Of a stretch of 64,000 bases of DNA, positions 1 through 10,397 are shown piece by piece. The stretch is from assembly GCA_963812015.1 (NCBI GenBank), contig CAWETI010000003.1:1152001-1216000 (forward strand), given 5' to 3'. The translations under genes were made by a program, and so were the position numbers. Below the pieces are notes generated by a model that was not told the DNA's origin, did not search any database, and was given only the letters and a program-made list of their open reading frames with translations. The DNA comes from an uncultured delta proteobacterium (lineage in GTDB: Bacteria > Desulfobacterota > Desulfobaccia > Desulfobaccales > 0-14-0-80-60-11). The first letter of the stretch is position 1; the number at the start of each line of letters is the position of its first letter.

Positions 1-860
1 TTCCGCTCCCACGTGCCCGATTTGACCTGGTGCTCCCACCCCCATGACATGGTGAGCGTTTGCGAGCAGATCGCCCGATTGCTGCCGCGCCGCATGGTTT
101 AACTAAGCTGGATTTCTGCAGGGCTCCTTGCCGGCCCCTTTGGGGGCTGCATCCGTTTTCTCTCCCTCCTGGCCTGAAATTCTGCCCCATCGTCCGGCTA
201 ATTCCCCGGGCTGCACCCCTCAAAGACCACGCCATCCCCATCCCCTCAAAGACCGGCAATTAATCAGCGAGCTTTGCCGACAGGGGGGCCAACCCCGGCG
301 ATACCCCGGGGAAATCCGCCCCTCACTCACCCCGGCCATCATTTCCCTGCCCGGTTTCCTGGCCTGCGGGAGGCCCAGCCCTTGCTCCGGCATCTTATGA
401 TTGTATGGGGTCGACAGATTTTTTATGAGGCAGGCTTGATGGAAGTCTAAAGTTTTTGAAATAACCTGCCGATATCCCTGACGGGTCCACAAGTTAAGGA
501 GCGCAAGGCAAACCTCTGCCGGGGGCAGAGGAGCCGCCGCGGGACCCGGTTGGGGTGACCACGAAAGATGAAAAATGTGGGACAGACGCATGCTGTCAGG
601 TGCAAAAGGAATTATGGCGGGCAGTGTCCCCCGTACATGAATCTTCTTCAAGGCTAAGCGCTGCCGGTGACGGTTTTGTTTCAGAGAAAGTTATTGATCT
701 AAAACTCATTAATGCAAGAAGGTTATTAGCGTTGTTCAGCATGACCAGGTGCAGAAAGTGGCAGCTTATCAACCGCCCGGTTCAGGCTGACTCAGGCCCC
801 AGGCGCTCAATGTGCGTAAAGAGCTTTTAGCTAACCTTTTAATCCGATGATGGAGGCATC

Positions 861-1541
861 ATGCATTATTCCCCGGCCTTGAGTGACCATCCAAGCTTGC
901 AGAGATTTTTGAGTCCTGAGGCGCGTCAGGTCTTCATGGGGATCTACAACAATCTCTTATTGGCGGCCGACGACACCCGGTTGAAGAGCCTGCTCATCTG
1001 TTCGTCCAACCCGGGAGAAGGGACCACTACCGCGGCCATCGGCCTGGCCCTGACGACAGCGGCGGTGCAAAGCGGGCCGGTATTGCTCATCGATGGCAAC
1101 TTTGCCAATCCCCAGGTATGTAAAGCATTTAATAAGCCGGAACTCTCCGGGTTGGGTGAGCTCATCGCCGGGACCGCGGATATCAACGGCACCATCCAGA
1201 CCACCACCGTGCCCCATTTGCGGATTATGGGAGCCGGGGCGCCCCCCCTGGATTGCGTCAGCACCCTGGAACCCCATTTTTTCAAGGACCTGCTCCAGGG
1301 ATTATCCGGGGATTATCGACTCATCATCATCGATGGGCCCTCCATTAATATGTTTCCCGAGTCAGTGCTCTATGCCGCTCAAGTCCATCGCACCTTCTTG
1401 GTGGTCCACGCCAGCGTCACCCGGGTCCAGGTGGTGGCCAATGCGCTGGATAGGCTGACCGCCGGCGGCTGCGAGCGAGTAGATCTGGTCCTTAATCGGA
1501 GGGCCTTTCCCATCCCCCCATGGATTTATAAGCGCCTATGA
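861..1541 (+). CDS. CpsD/CapB-family BY-kinase-like ATPase domain protein (degenerate Walker A)
   Basis: SSNPGEGTTT (Walker A position), LLIDGN, IIIDGP; RBS GGAGG; first gene of EPS operon. Confidence 0.85.
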   Translation: MHYSPALSDHPSLQRFLSPEARQVFMGIYNNLLLAADDTRLKSLLICSSNPGEGTTTAAIGLALTTAAVQSGPVLLIDGNFANPQVCKAFNKPELSGLGELIAGTADINGTIQTTTVPHLRIMGAGAPPLDCVSTLEPHFFKDLLQGLSGDYRLIIIDGPSINMFPESVLYAAQVHRTFLVVHASVTRVQVVANALDRLTAGGCERVDLVLNRRAFPIPPWIYKRL

Positions 1542-3286
1542 GCCAAGTGGCCGAGATCGCGGTAGTCCTGGCCGGTGGTGTAGCCACTTTTCACGGGTTT
1601 GCCCTGGCCCCCTACCCAAAAATTCTTCTGCCCCTGGCCAACCATCCTTTATTGCACTATCAGGCCCGGGTTTTAGCCGAGGCCGGGGTCAAGTGCTTGA
1701 TAGTCTGCGTAAATACCGGGATGGGGGCGCGGGTGGCCGAAACCCTGGGCTCCTTGCCTTACGCCCTGGAATATCTGGTCAAGGAGACCACGTATGGCAC
1801 CGGGGGTTCCCTGAAGGAAGTGGAGGACGCCATTGCCGGGAGCCTTTTCTGGGTTCTGGGCGGCGATGTGCTCCTGAGTGCCGACCTCCGGGAGATGCAG
1901 GCGTTTCATCAGCAACGGCAAGCCAGGGCCACCGTGGGGGTGTTGCGGGTGCGGGAAGCCCCCTGGGAGATGGAGAGAGTCGAGTTTGATGCGAAGCAGA
2001 GGGTCAAAACCATTCACCGGCTCCACCCGGCCCAGGAGAGACGGAGCATGCTGCGCCCCGCCGGCCTCTACCTGTTCCAGTCGGAGGTCCTGGATGACAT
2101 CCCCCGGGGCCGCTACTTCGATCTTAAGGAACAACTCTTTGAGCCACTTTATCAACAGGGCGCGTCCACGGGGATCTGGGAGATTCCGGGATACTGCTGC
2201 GCCATCACCAGTGTCGCCGATTTTTTTATGGTCAACCTGGATATTTTGCACGGCCGGGTGCCGATTCCAGATCAGCCAACTCACCAGAATTTTCCGGATG
2301 ATGCCGGCGAGGCCGAAATGAGCGCCTCTGCCAAGGTGTTTGCCCCGGCAGTGGTGGGCCCGGGCTCCCATATCGGCGACGAGGCGATCATTCTGGGCCC
2401 CACGGCCATCGGCTCCCACGTGGAAATTGAGCCCGACGTGGTCGTCAATGAGTGCGTGATCCTGAATAATGCCCACATCTGCCGGGGGGCTTACCTCTAC
2501 CACTGTGTCATCAGCGACGGCGCCGTCATCAGCAGTCGGACGAGCTTGCATGAAATGGTGGTCATGCAGACTCTGTCGAGCCCCCCTGAGCAAACCCTGT
2601 GCTCTCTTAGGGAACCAGGCCGCCGCCTCCCCGGGTATGGGGCGGGACCCCGGGAATGGCAAACCGCTCCCGGGCCTGGCTATCTCAAGGTCAAACGTTG
2701 CCTGGACGTGGTCCTGGCCACCTTGGGGGTCAGCCTCGCCGCCCCCCTCATGCTGGCCATTGCCTGGCTCATCAAGCAGGATTCCCCCGGGGGGATCATT
2801 TTCAGGCAGGAACGGTGCAGCCAGGGAGGGCGGCCCTTCATCATGTATAAGTTTCGGTCCATGGTCGAAAACTCCGAGGATCTGAAGCTGGAACTTCTGG
2901 ACCGGAACGAAGTTAACGGGCCTATGTTCAAAATCACCGATGATCCTCGGATAACCCGGCTGGGAAAAGTCCTTCGGGACACCTACCTGGATGAACTGCC
3001 CCAACTCTGGAACGTCTTAAAAGGGGATATGAGCCTGGTGGGGCCCCGGCCGCTGTCCATGGATGAAATGCGCTACAACCCCCAATGGCGGGATGCCCGG
3101 TTTGCCGTGCGCCCCGGCATGACCGGCCTCTGGCAGGTGGAGGCTCATGCCAAGACCTACTTTAATGAATGGATCGTCAATGATCTTGAGTATGTGCAGC
3201 ATTGTTCCCTGGAACTTGATCTGAAAATTTTGTTCAAAACCCTGCAGAAGATGGTCAATAAGCTTTTGCGCTTCGACAGGAAGTAG
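1538..3286 (+). CDS. Fusion: NDP-sugar nucleotidyltransferase-like domain + left-handed beta-helix + priming polyprenyl glycosylphosphotransferase (Bac_transf)
   Basis: VLAGG..[15 protein letters not shown], hexapeptide repeats, then [42 protein letters not shown]. Confidence 0.9.
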   Translation: [582 protein letters not shown]

Positions 3287-3295
3287 AGGGTTGCT

Positions 3296-4327
3296 ATGAA
3301 GAAACGGCGCGCTTTTTGGGTAACTTGGCTGCTCCTTGCCACCATGGCCTGCGGGCCCGGGGGCAAAGGGACTGGAGTTCGGCAAGTATCTTTCCCGGAG
3401 ATGCAACCACCTCCACCGGGCCCGGTGGCCCTTATGCCCTACCGGATTATGCGTGGGGATACCTTGAACGTCACTTTCCCCCTGAATCCGGAGCTGGACC
3501 TTAAACCGGTGTTGGTACGTTCGGACGGCAAAATCGTCTTGAACCTGGCGGGCGAGGTCAATGCCTTTGGCATGACCGTTCCGGAATTGCAGCAGGCCAT
3601 CGGCAAGCAATACCAGGAGTTCATTGGCAAGACCGGGTACAGCAAGGTGTTGAAGCCCAACGACTACCTCGATCTCAAGTTCGTCTACAATCCCGAGCTG
3701 AACATCGGCGTCCGTATCCAGTCCGACGGCAAGGTCTCCCTGCCCCTGGTGGGGGAGGTCAAAGCCGCCGATCTGACCCCGGAGCAGTTGCGCCAGAAGC
3801 TTATCAAGGTGTATTCCCGGGATATCCGCAAACCCGATATCGCCGTCCTGACGGGCACTAACCCCACCGCCTTTCCCATGGATATCGCCGCCAAAAACAT
3901 CTTTACCCAGGGCAATTTCATCAACGTGGCCGTGGTCAAGAGCGGCGGCCAGTGGGTCTTTGTGGCCGGCCAGGTGGGGGCTCCCAAGGCCATTCCCTGG
4001 GAGGGCCACCTGACCGTCCTCCAAGCCATTGCTGCGGCTGGCGGCAAGACGGATAAAGCTGATCTGTCCCGGGTGGTCATCCTCAGGCGCGGGCCCTTCG
4101 AGACCGCGACATGGATCCAGACTGATCTGGCCTCGCCCCTGGAAGGCATGGATCTCAAGAACGACGTGGACTTGACGGGCGGAGATGTCGTGGTGGTGCC
4201 CATGAGCGGCATCGCCAAGCTGGGGGTGTTCGTCCAGCAGGTCCTGCGTGATTTGAACCCGATGTATGGCACGTACACCATCACTTTAGGCAGTGCCAGC
4301 GGCGCGTTTGCCGCCCCCATACCGTAA
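3296..4327 (+). CDS. Polysaccharide export lipoprotein (Wza/OPX family) with two Poly_export domains and SLBB
   Basis: Lipobox-like LATMAC; two GDxL..PEL...DGK...GEV.A...T..L repeats; VAGQV..LTVLQAIAAAGG. Confidence 0.88.
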   Translation: MKKRRAFWVTWLLLATMACGPGGKGTGVRQVSFPEMQPPPPGPVALMPYRIMRGDTLNVTFPLNPELDLKPVLVRSDGKIVLNLAGEVNAFGMTVPELQQAIGKQYQEFIGKTGYSKVLKPNDYLDLKFVYNPELNIGVRIQSDGKVSLPLVGEVKAADLTPEQLRQKLIKVYSRDIRKPDIAVLTGTNPTAFPMDIAAKNIFTQGNFINVAVVKSGGQWVFVAGQVGAPKAIPWEGHLTVLQAIAAAGGKTDKADLSRVVILRRGPFETATWIQTDLASPLEGMDLKNDVDLTGGDVVVVPMSGIAKLGVFVQQVLRDLNPMYGTYTITLGSASGAFAAPIP

Positions 4328-4333
4328 GAGGGT

Positions 4334-4930
4334 GTGATGTGGTTCCGGGTCCTCCTGGCTGGTTGCTTCATGATGAGCTTGCTGGTGCCCTCCGTGAGGG
4401 CGGATGAGTTTGGTTTGGAGCCCAAAGGCTATTTTGACGCCCTGCCCTCCGGCATCGACAATGTGGCCCTGGCGGATTTTGGCCAGGACATCATCATCGG
4501 CGGGGACTATGGCCTGGGAAATGTCACCCCGGTGGAGGAAGTCTTCCGGGGCCAGGAACGGGTAGTGCGCATCTTCCGTTCCCCGAAGTTGCCCATCTCC
4601 CACCAGCGACCGGCCCAAATGCAGGTCCTGCTGGGGAATGTCCGTGGTCTGTACGTGTGGATTGAAACGCCGCCGGTCCAAGGAGAATGGAGCCTCTCCA
4701 TCGACCTGGTCTATGCCGATGGCACCCGAAGGAATATTTTCGGCAAACAGATGAAGCCCGGGGTGCCTAGTTTTCTGTTCGTGGAACCTTACACCCGGTT
4801 GGATTGTCATCTGTCCACCAAAACCACGGCATTGAAACTCAACCGGAGGTTTATCTTAACCCTTAGCCCGGTCATGTATGCGGTCTGGCCCGACTTTCTG
4901 CCCGCGCCCTATCGGACGATTTTCGACTGA
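4334..4930 (+). CDS. Hypothetical secreted protein in EPS operon
   Basis: Signal-peptide-like N-terminus ending VRA; tight spacing between wza-like and gumC-like genes. Confidence 0.7.
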   Translation: MMWFRVLLAGCFMMSLLVPSVRADEFGLEPKGYFDALPSGIDNVALADFGQDIIIGGDYGLGNVTPVEEVFRGQERVVRIFRSPKLPISHQRPAQMQVLLGNVRGLYVWIETPPVQGEWSLSIDLVYADGTRRNIFGKQMKPGVPSFLFVEPYTRLDCHLSTKTTALKLNRRFILTLSPVMYAVWPDFLPAPYRTIFD

Positions 4931-4973
4931 GCCGGAGTGGCGCCCACGGGCGGGTAGCCTGAAGGAGACGTTG

Positions 4974-6440
4974 ATGAAAATGCAAACTTCCGGACGTATT
5001 CTGCTCCACGGCCTGTTCCGCCGGTGGCAGCTAATCGTCTATCTCAACCTGGCTATCCTGGGGACTATCCTGGTGGGCAGCTGGCTATGGCCTCCCAGCT
5101 ATCAGGCTTCCAGCAGTATCGTCATTTTGGGGCGAGCCTATAGTGATCTGTTAACCCCGGCCAAAGGCGCCGGCCCCACCACCTTGATCATGAATCCCAA
5201 AGAGGAAATCAACTCGGAGATCGAAATCATCCGCAGCCGTCCCGTCCTGGAACGTGTGGTTCGGGATCTCCATCTCGATCAACCCCGGAAAATCCCGGAG
5301 GAGGGGGTCGCCGGGGCCCTGCGGAACGCTACCCGGGCCACCTTTAGGGGCTGTCGTTGGGTTTTGACCACAATCGGCGTGCTCCGGAAGTATACACCCA
5401 GCCAGCGCTTCGAGGCCGCGGTGGACCGGTTGCGCAAACGTCTGATCGTCGAGCCCGCCATCGACTCCCAGATCATCTGGATCAGGTATAAGGACCCTGA
5501 CCCGGCAATGGTCGCCAAGGTGGTGAATCGGGTCGCCGAAGAGTATCAGAAGCAGCATCTGGCCATCAATATCAACCGGGCCGAGAGTTCCTTCTACGGG
5601 GAACAGATCGAAAAGGTGCAGAGTGATCTGAGGGGACTCCAGGAGCAGCTTTTGCAGCTTAAGGAAAAGGGCGGCATTGTGTCGTTTGCCGAGCAGAGCC
5701 GAGCCATGCTGAAGAAGTTGGAGACCCTGGATAATTCCAAGACCAATGTCCAGAAGGAGATCATCCGCATCCGGTCTAAAGTGGAAAAGATTGAGGACCT
5801 GCGGCGGGCCAAGCCCAACCTGCTCATCCCCCTGCCGGAACTGGCCCAGGACCCGCAAGTCTCTGACCTGGAAAACAAGTTGGTAAATCTCGACTTCCAG
5901 GTCCAAACCGTGTTGCAGCGCTATACCGCTGAGAGCCGCCAGTACCAGACCATCAGGGAACAGATCGGCCACCTGCATCAACAGATCCGTAAACAGGTGA
6001 GCATTCTGCTGGAACGCGAACTGGGGAAACTCCGGGAACTCCAGGCCGAGGAACAGGCCATCGATCAGACCATGCAAGATATGAAAGCTGAGCTGGAGCA
6101 ACTCCCTGCAGCCGAGATGCACCTGGGCAATCTGGAACAGGATATCGACACCAAGCAGGCGATCTTGGCCGTGATGCTCAGGAAATACCAGGACAGCCTG
6201 CTGGCCCAGAATACCGACCAGCGCCTGGAAAATGCCAAGATCCTCAGTCTGGCGGCGGTGCCGCTGAGACCGGCATTTCCCATTCTCTGGCTCAACCTGG
6301 TCCTGGGCCTGGTGTTCTCTCTGGTGGTAAGTTTAAGTCTCGCCTTCTTCCTGGAATATTGGGACGATTCCCTCAAGATCCCGGAAGATGTGGAGCGCTA
6401 TCTGGGCCGCTCGGTCTTCGCCTCTATCCCGGAACTCTAA
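4974..6440 (+). CDS. GumC/Wzz-family polysaccharide co-polymerase (no kinase domain)
   Basis: RBS GAAGGAG before ATG 4974; N-terminal TM, SEIEIIRSRPVLERVV, long coiled coil, Pro-rich + C-terminal TM, DDSLKIPEDVERYLG. Confidence 0.88.
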   Translation: MKMQTSGRILLHGLFRRWQLIVYLNLAILGTILVGSWLWPPSYQASSSIVILGRAYSDLLTPAKGAGPTTLIMNPKEEINSEIEIIRSRPVLERVVRDLHLDQPRKIPEEGVAGALRNATRATFRGCRWVLTTIGVLRKYTPSQRFEAAVDRLRKRLIVEPAIDSQIIWIRYKDPDPAMVAKVVNRVAEEYQKQHLAININRAESSFYGEQIEKVQSDLRGLQEQLLQLKEKGGIVSFAEQSRAMLKKLETLDNSKTNVQKEIIRIRSKVEKIEDLRRAKPNLLIPLPELAQDPQVSDLENKLVNLDFQVQTVLQRYTAESRQYQTIREQIGHLHQQIRKQVSILLERELGKLRELQAEEQAIDQTMQDMKAELEQLPAAEMHLGNLEQDIDTKQAILAVMLRKYQDSLLAQNTDQRLENAKILSLAAVPLRPAFPILWLNLVLGLVFSLVVSLSLAFFLEYWDDSLKIPEDVERYLGRSVFASIPEL

Positions 6441-6441
6441 G

Positions 6442-7914
6442 ATGAACACGACCTGGACGGGAAGAAAACCCTGGCACCACGACCTCAGCCGCTGGTGGCT
6501 TCTGTTTGGGGTGCTCGTTGGGGTTCTCTTCCTGTTGGGGATGCAACTCAAGCTGAAATGGTTCGCCTTTCTCTTCCTGGGCTCCATGGTTCTTATGGCG
6601 TCTCTGGCGGCGCCAAACAAAAAGGACTACTGTCTGGCCCTCTTTGTCCTGGCCCTGCCGGTCTGGATCGGTAAGCACTTCGATTATCATCCATCTCCCT
6701 ACGGAATCTCCACCTTCGGGTTTCCCATCCATCTCAGTCTCCTGCCCCTCACGGCCCTCTATGTGATCTGGGCCGTGGGTCGGGTGGTGCCCCAGGAGCC
6801 CGCCCCCCTGTATACCCGGGGATTGTTGCCCTTGGCCGGGGTTTTCGGGGCGGCGGCCGTTTCGGCCCTCATGGCCCAGGATAAGCTCTTTGCGGCCTTC
6901 GACCTCTTTGCCCTGTCCACCTCCATGCTGATTTATATCTATGTCGCCAGCGAAATCCGGCAACGGCGCGAATTACACCTGGTTCTGACGCTCTTGATTT
7001 TTTCCGCCGCCCTCCAGGGAGGAATCGCCCTGGCCCAGTATCTCACCGGCTCCAGCCTGGGGCTCGATTTTGCTGGCGTTGGCAGGACATTATACGGTTT
7101 TGCAGGCCTGGAAGTGGTCTCCCGGGTGGGAGGACTCATCGGCCACCCTAACAACCTGGCCTTGTTCTTCGATCTGATGCTTCCTTTAAGTTTGAGCCTC
7201 CTGTTCTGCCCCTGGCGCGGACACACCAGGTTCTTCCTGGCCGTGGCCGTATTCCTCCAGGTGGTGGGACTGGGGGTGACGTTTTCACGGGGCGGCATCA
7301 TCGCCTCGAGCCTGGCCCTCATCTCCCTGGCGGTCTTCCATGGGGCCCGGCGCTTCGGCCTGGTGCGCGCCTTGTTTCTCACGCTGGTAGGGGCGTTGCT
7401 TATAACGGTGTTCCTAGCGATAGTGCCCAATCCCTTTGAGAAAGGTTTGACCCGCACTGAACAGACCGCCCATGGGCGGTGGCCGTTGGCCGAAATTGCC
7501 CTCAACATGATTCAGCACCATCCCCTGTTCGGAGTGGGGTTAAACAACTTCACTCATGCTTCCCGCAGGTATGATTTCACCCAGGAACAGATCGTTTCCG
7601 CCTGGAACGCCCCGGTTCACAACCTCTTTTTGTTTATGGCCGGCGAGATCGGCCTGGTGGGTCTGATCTGTTTCCTGGTCTTCCTCGCAAAAGTGATGGC
7701 TGGTCTGATTCCCGCCATGCGCTCCCCTGATCCGTTTATCCTCAGCGTGGGGGCGGGCCTCTTTTTCGGTCTGATGGCTTTTCTCATCCATGCCCAAGTG
7801 GATTACAGTATATGGACCCAAAACCGCCCATTATGGTTCTTGCTGGGTCTGGCCATGTGCGTGGGGCGTTTTGCCAGGACGGCGCCGCCGACTTCGCCTC
7901 AAGGGTTTCGGTAA
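6442..7914 (+). CDS. O-antigen ligase/Wzy-like polymerase membrane protein
   Basis: Polytopic; GHPNNLA, TFSRGG, HPLFGVGLNNF, HNLFL..GEIGLVG motifs. Confidence 0.85.
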   Translation: MNTTWTGRKPWHHDLSRWWLLFGVLVGVLFLLGMQLKLKWFAFLFLGSMVLMASLAAPNKKDYCLALFVLALPVWIGKHFDYHPSPYGISTFGFPIHLSLLPLTALYVIWAVGRVVPQEPAPLYTRGLLPLAGVFGAAAVSALMAQDKLFAAFDLFALSTSMLIYIYVASEIRQRRELHLVLTLLIFSAALQGGIALAQYLTGSSLGLDFAGVGRTLYGFAGLEVVSRVGGLIGHPNNLALFFDLMLPLSLSLLFCPWRGHTRFFLAVAVFLQVVGLGVTFSRGGIIASSLALISLAVFHGARRFGLVRALFLTLVGALLITVFLAIVPNPFEKGLTRTEQTAHGRWPLAEIALNMIQHHPLFGVGLNNFTHASRRYDFTQEQIVSAWNAPVHNLFLFMAGEIGLVGLICFLVFLAKVMAGLIPAMRSPDPFILSVGAGLFFGLMAFLIHAQVDYSIWTQNRPLWFLLGLAMCVGRFARTAPPTSPQGFR

Positions 7915-8028
7915 GGCCCTCGATGTCAGGCTGGGAATGCCATGAACCGGTATCATCCCCTCTCGCCAACCATCAGCATCGCCAGGTCAGCAGCCGGCGA
8001 GGCGCTGAGGTTTGAAAATGAGCCCATC

Positions 8029-9477
8029 ATGACCACTCCGAGGTTCGTCCGTAACAGTGCCCTGCTGGTCACGGTCGAGATCATGAGCAAAGCTCTCGGG
8101 GTGATTTTCTTTGCCGTGATCGCCCGCTTTTTGGGAGCCGGGGAGGTAGGGCTTTACGCCTTTGCCCTGGCCGTAGCCAATTTTGTCATGATCCCTGCCA
8201 AGTTTGGCTTCGAAAATCTGGTCCAGAGGCAGGTGGGGCGCGAGCCTGCCTGGACCCGCCGCTATCTCAGAGACCTCAGCGTCGTCAAGGGGCTCATCTC
8301 CCTGGGAGTTCTGGGTCTCTACGGCATCGTCTTAGTAGTTGCCGGCCGCAAAGACCTTTCGGTTCTGCTGCTGGCGGCCGGGTTCACCTTGATGTTCTCC
8401 TTCATGGAATTTCTGAACGCTTTCTTCCGGGCCAATCAAAGACCGGAATTCGAACTGGCGGTGCGCCTCCTGTTCTCGGTGAGCAACCTCTTGCTGGGGC
8501 TCCTGGTGCTCTATGTTGGTTGGCGTTTGCCGGGGGTGTTGTTGGTCCAGCTGCTTAATGTGACGGTGGCGGGGATACTGGGAGCCGTCATCCTGGTCCG
8601 TATTGCCCCCCCGGGGAGTTTTTGCCGGAGTTGGCGAGATCTTTGGGGTTACGTGAGCGCGGCCACGCCCTTTGCCGGCATCCTGATGTCTCTCTATTTC
8701 AGTAATCAAATCGGGATCATCATCCTGAAGCTGTTCACGCCGACCACGGAAGTGGGATATTTTGCCGCAGCTTTGAGGCTCTTTGATAACCTGACCTTGA
8801 TCCCCGCGGCCATCATGGGAGCCTTCCTGCCCATTATGAGCCAGCTTTTTGTCAAGTCGGTGGGGGGCTTCGTGCGCACCCTGCGCTTCACCTTGAAATA
8901 CCTGTTCATCCTGTCGGTTCCCCTGGCGGTCATCCTGGCAGTTCTGGCCCGCCCCATCGTGGGGTTTCTCTATGGCATATCTTTCCTGCCCTCGGCTCCA
9001 GCGCTGCAGATTCTCTCTCTGCCCCTCTTATTCAGCTTCTGGAACTATGCCTGTACCAATGTGCTCATTGCCCGGAACGAGGAGCGGTCTCTGCTGTGGC
9101 TGACCTGGCTCACTGCCGGTATCCACATCACCGCCAATTTTCTCTTGATTGCGGCATTCTCCTACCTCGGCGCCTGCTGGGCCATCCTGACCACCCAAGG
9201 AATCTTTGGATTTATCCTCTATGGTTTGCAAATACGGCGATACCTCCGGGTCGGTATCTTGATGAAACTCATGGCCGCCCCCGTTCTCTGCGGGGCCATC
9301 ATGGGATTGACGGTTTTTCTGCTGAGGGACTGGAATTTATTACTAGCCGTTGCCATCGGGATGCTGGTCTATGGCGGCGGGGTGCTGGCTTTGGGAGCCG
9401 TGAGCCGGGAAGAGATGGATCGCTTACATACTATAGTGGCCAGCGGTCCACCTGAAATTCCCGAGGTCACCGGATAG
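8029..9477 (+). CDS. Wzx-family flippase
   Basis: Polytopic MOP-type: IARFLG..EVGLY, VGYFAAA; start could be upstream at 7942. Confidence 0.88.
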   Translation: MTTPRFVRNSALLVTVEIMSKALGVIFFAVIARFLGAGEVGLYAFALAVANFVMIPAKFGFENLVQRQVGREPAWTRRYLRDLSVVKGLISLGVLGLYGIVLVVAGRKDLSVLLLAAGFTLMFSFMEFLNAFFRANQRPEFELAVRLLFSVSNLLLGLLVLYVGWRLPGVLLVQLLNVTVAGILGAVILVRIAPPGSFCRSWRDLWGYVSAATPFAGILMSLYFSNQIGIIILKLFTPTTEVGYFAAALRLFDNLTLIPAAIMGAFLPIMSQLFVKSVGGFVRTLRFTLKYLFILSVPLAVILAVLARPIVGFLYGISFLPSAPALQILSLPLLFSFWNYACTNVLIARNEERSLLWLTWLTAGIHITANFLLIAAFSYLGACWAILTTQGIFGFILYGLQIRRYLRVGILMKLMAAPVLCGAIMGLTVFLLRDWNLLLAVAIGMLVYGGGVLALGAVSREEMDRLHTIVASGPPEIPEVTG

Positions 9478-9728
9478 CGGTTTTTTTAAAGCTCTGATCA
9501 GGACGATTCCTGATCCAAGGACAGGTGATGGTGAGTTTAAAGCCGCTTTCTCCAGAAAGGGGTGTAGAGATCCGGCACATCTGCCTGATGAGTCATGATG
9601 GGAAAGGTATCGGGTTGCTCCTGGTCGGCCTGGATTCCGGGAGTAAAGCGAGTAAAAATGAGCTCGCGCCATAATCATCGCGGCGCTGGGAAGGACAGTG
9701 CCGCGTCTTACGGGTAAAGGATGGTGCC

Positions 9729-10397
9729 ATGAGGACCTTAAAAAAAGAATTCCTGATAGCTGTTTTAACCATGATTTTCTTGGGGATGCTGAGTGCACTA
9801 CCTGTGGCCGGAGACAAAAAGGCCCGGAAACCATCTCAGGAACCGAAAAACTTTGACCTGTATATCATCCAGGGTCCCAAGACCCTTCACCTGCAGCAGG
9901 GTGACCTCACCTTTAAAACCGCCCTCTTTCTGGGGTCCGACAAATCAGGGCTCTATGGAATTCCCAGTCCACCCCAAAACCGGCTGGATATCAAGCCCAT
10001 TGAAATAATGGTATTTGATCCCGACACCGCCGGCGCGACCATGCGGCTGTCTAAACTGGCGCACATCGAAACGGCTCCGGCCCACTCCTTTGATCTCAAG
10101 GCAGTCAAGGTCGGGCCCGCCAATTTCGATAAAGTCTATCGAGTAAAATATGATGATTTATTGCCCATAAACTTATGGTGTGTCGACAGGAATATCCCGT
10201 TGCGGCTAACCCCGGTGGTCAAAAAACCGGGGTGGTATCGCGCCGTGCCGGAACAAGAGCTGGAAGCTGGGGTGTATGCGATCAATTTTGGCTACGCCGA
10301 TGGTCCACGGCTGTATACCGGAGACCTGGTGTTCTATCCTTTCGTCCTTGACAGTAGGCCCGAGCTCAACCCTGCCGACTGCATCCCGGAGCGCTGA
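9729..10397 (+). CDS. Hypothetical secreted protein
   Basis: Signal-peptide-like N-terminus; 222-aa ORF with RBS-like AAGGA. Confidence 0.7.
   Translation: MRTLKKEFLIAVLTMIFLGMLSALPVAGDKKARKPSQEPKNFDLYIIQGPKTLHLQQGDLTFKTALFLGSDKSGLYGIPSPPQNRLDIKPIEIMVFDPDTAGATMRLSKLAHIETAPAHSFDLKAVKVGPANFDKVYRVKYDDLLPINLWCVDRNIPLRLTPVVKKPGWYRAVPEQELEAGVYAINFGYADGPRLYTGDLVFYPFVLDSRPELNPADCIPER

Noticed and set aside
1..860. Short ORFs upstream of the EPS operon
   Set aside because: Overlapping, no RBS or motif support; more likely regulatory DNA. No convincing sigma54 site found.
9496..9515. 8-bp inverted repeat after the flippase
   Set aside because: Single short hairpin without an adjacent T-run or second copy; cannot be assigned.
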